The translations under genes and the position numbers were made by a program. A stretch of 64,000 bases of DNA from Antedon mediterranea (lineage: Eukaryota; Animalia; Echinodermata), in assembly GCF_964355755.1 (NCBI RefSeq), contig NC_092670.1, positions 37,808,388 through 37,872,387 of the forward strand, read 5' to 3'. Positions 61,201 to 64,000 of this stretch are shown piece after piece; positions within the stretch are counted from its first letter, which is position 1, and every line of letters starts with the position of its first letter. Below the pieces are notes generated by a model. That model saw only the letters and a list, made by a program, of their open reading frames with translations, did no database searches and was not told the DNA's origin.

Positions 61201-64000
61201 TGCGCAATCAAAATTTATGCGGTCTACGCGCGATTTAACGAAATCACGTTTGTAATCGTATCTTCACAAGCATGAATCACAAAAAACATTTGGTACTCAT
61301 AAATTTCAGATTGTATTTCATCATATGGCAATACAATTACGTGTCTAGCGCATATAACGTATGCGTACGCGTGCTTACAATTTTCAAAATTTATTTTTGA
61401 TGTAATTTGAGTACGTTTCAGGCAATTTTAAGCGTTTAAAAAATTTCCATGAGTGCGCAGATTTTTGCATACGCACTGCACGTTAAACGTTAATGCGTAC
61501 TCTTTTTGTCCGATTTATGTTTTCCAACCTTTCTTTAATAATATATTTGATTCACTTTTTAACACAAAATTGCGTTATACGAGCACGTCAAATGTGACAG
61601 GCTACGCATGTGTAAGTTAACAAAATGGTGAAAATATGCTAAATTTTAAAATTAATAATGCTCGGGAACACCTATTTTTCATTTCATTTTCTTGAAGTGT
61701 ATGTATCATATGTATGGTTTATTGTGAAATTAAGAGAACAAAAGTAGATTAAGTCATCATTAATTGCATATTAAATTTTTTTTAAATAATTTCGACAATC
61801 AAATAAATTATGACATTTTCTTAATAATAAACGATAATTTTCGAAATAACAAACTTAATATTAACTTTCTTCCTTAAAATGTTCATATATTAAAGTTAAA
61901 AGTATATACTTTGATAGGGCATCAGGTACCGAGAACGAGTCTCACCTTGGAAAAGGAAATAAGATTTTTTTTATATCCGTATTGTTTGTTTGTTCGCCTG
62001 ATTTATAATGAAATCTAGAGAAAATTATGTCTTTATTATGTAACAAGGATGGTTTATGACATATTTCGCGGAGGGATCGGTTGTTTTTATGCAAGTGGCT
62101 TGATGGGCAGTGATACCAGCTATTTTATTTGTGCTACCAAGATCCTATCTTTCATATATAAATTGACCTAATTAAAGACCACAGCAGTACATCTTTTAAA
62201 AGGTGCACAGGGGGGACATGTGCAACAACCAACAAAGTGACATCATGAAGTGCATGTGAATGATTTAAATGGTTTTCAATTGTGAGTGTATGCTTACTTT
62301 ATTGATAAGTATATTTATATATATAGTGTATCATAAAGGAAGTTCATTTCTTTAAGAAAGTTTGATAAACCAGTTTTTCACTTAAGCACTTTTTAACTAC
62401 TATCTTTGGCAAAAGATAGATAAAACAAATGTTAGCCCAGTTACTTACTGGCTTTTAATTTTCTGTAAAGCTTTTAAGCTCTGTCTACACTATCAAACTA
62501 GTTCGACAAAAAAAGTGTGATGTGCCCAAATGTGGTAGTGATATGCCTAATGGTAGTGATATGACATCATCATGTCCATATATATGCACACTTTTTTGTC
62601 ACATAAAGTTTGATAGTGTAGACAGAGCTTTTGAGGAACTGTTAAATTGCATCCAGCATCCTGGTAAACAGACTCAAAATGTTTGTTATTTTTCAGCTAA
62701 TCCATGTACACCAAACCCATGCCTGAATAATGGAGTATGTGTTGATAGTCTTGGCAGTGCAGAGTGTGATTGTACCAATACAGGCTATACTGGAATTACC
62801 TGCAGTGATGGTAAGGTCAACTGAGGTCAAGTGTAAAGTGTTGTTCCCACTTGAACCCAACATAATGGTGTAGATGCATCAAGTGGCTTGATGGGCAGTG
62901 ATACCAGCTATTTTATTTGTGCTACCAAGATCCTATCTTTCATTTATAAATTGGCCTAATTAAAGACCACAACAAAATAAATATATCTTTTAAAAGGCGC
63001 ACAGGGGGGACATGTGCAACAACCAACAAAGTGACATCATGAAGTGCATGTGAATGATTTAAATGGTTTTCAATTGTGAGTGTATGCTTAATTTATTGAT
63101 AAGTATATTTATATATATAGTGTATCATAAAGGAAGTTCATTTCTTTAAGAAAGTTTGATAAACCAGTTTTTCACTTAAGCACTTCTTAACTATCTTTGG
63201 CAAAAGATAGATAAAACAAATGTCAGCCCAGTTTACTTACTGGCTTTTAATTTTCTGTAAAGCTCTTAAGCGGCTCTGCCCACTATCAAACTAGTTCGAC
63301 AAAAAAAGTGTGATGTGCCCAAATGTAGTAGTGATATGCCTAATGGTAGTGATATGACATCATCATGTCCGTATATGCGCACTTTTTGTCACATAAAGTT
63401 TGATAGTGTAGACAGAGCTTTTGAGGAACTGTTAAATTGCATCCAGCATCCTGGTAAACAGACTCAAAATGTTTGTTATTTTTCAGCTAATCCATGTACA
63501 CCAAACCCATGCCTGAATAATGGAAAATGTGTTGATAGTCTTGGCAGTGCAGAGTGTGATTGTACCAATACAGGCTTTACTGGAATTACCTGCAGTGATG
63601 GTAAGGTCAACTGAGGTCAAGTGTAAAGTGTTGTTCCCACTTGGACCCAACACAATGGTGTAGATGCATTCTATTGTACAATATTTTCTAATTTATAACA
63701 CTAGTAAAGCCAAATTATCATTTAATTTTGAAAGGATTACATTTTTGTTTTGTCTTACAACAAAAAGCTATATTTGAAGTATTATGGCGTTATGAACTCT
63801 AAGAACATACCCGAGTCACATGTTTTTAGCCAGCATGGTTAGTTTAATTGGAAGGTGCCCGAAAGTGGCCAGTAAAATTAGCCAAAACTAACCCAAATTA
63901 AGTCAAGTGCGATCAGTAACAGTTTTAAAAACATTTTAATAATTTTTTTTTCAGAGGATCCATGTTTTAAAAGTGATCCATGTGAAAATGGTGGTATATG
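58235..64000 (+). CDS. Gene 2 (5' part): tandem paralogue of gene 1, truncated by the window end
   Basis: Exons 58235-58390 (signal peptide), 59279-59342, 60107-60130, EGF 62697-62810, EGF 63487-63600, EGF 63955->64000. Introns and upstream region align with gene 1. No CysD exons were found. Confidence 0.85.
58729..58840. repeat. 14-bp minisatellite
   Basis: CTTAACTTATATAA x8. Confidence 0.92.
61040..62170 (+). mobile_element. Older copy of the 45833-47313 HINE family
   Basis: Reverse-complement similarity over ~1.1 kb. The 3' end is lost. Confidence 0.8.
62091..63670 (+). repeat. ~790-bp tandem duplication carrying the first EGF exon of gene 2
   Basis: ~62091-62879 repeats at ~62880-63670, with ATGCA microhomology at the junction. 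Confidence 0.92.

Noticed and set aside
62522-63614. ORF-track N-termini MPKCGSDMP.. as coding sequence
   Set aside because: These are MITE sequence read in frame with the EGF exons; the acceptors end at 62696 and 63486.

Overview
AT-rich, intron-containing animal genomic DNA. It is probably a marine invertebrate deuterostome such as an echinoderm, which is an inference from the repeat and domain content. The window holds a tandem pair of large secreted gel-forming-mucin/VWD-like genes on the + strand. Gene 1 (ATG 12721 to stop 53779) can be assembled by hand into ~36 phase-compatible exons encoding ~2,850-2,940 aa: signal peptide - 2x CysD(WxxW) - 4x EGF - 3x (VWD-C8-TIL) - PTS - 3x [F5/8C-A, PTS, F5/8C-B, PTS] - cystine knot. 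Gene 2 (ATG 58235, runs off the window) is a close paralogue that lacks the CysD exons and has a duplicated EGF exon. An 11.6-kb PIF/Harbinger-like element (794-12365) sits 355 bp upstream of gene 1. It contains a five-deep nest of DNA transposons and a decayed Ty3/Gypsy element, and its empty site is visible in the paralogue. The introns contain MITEs, Helentron-type elements, SINEs, a solo LTR, two Penelope-type minimal hammerhead ribozymes, minisatellites and many TA-transposon excision footprints. All exon calls are manual and lack transcript support.
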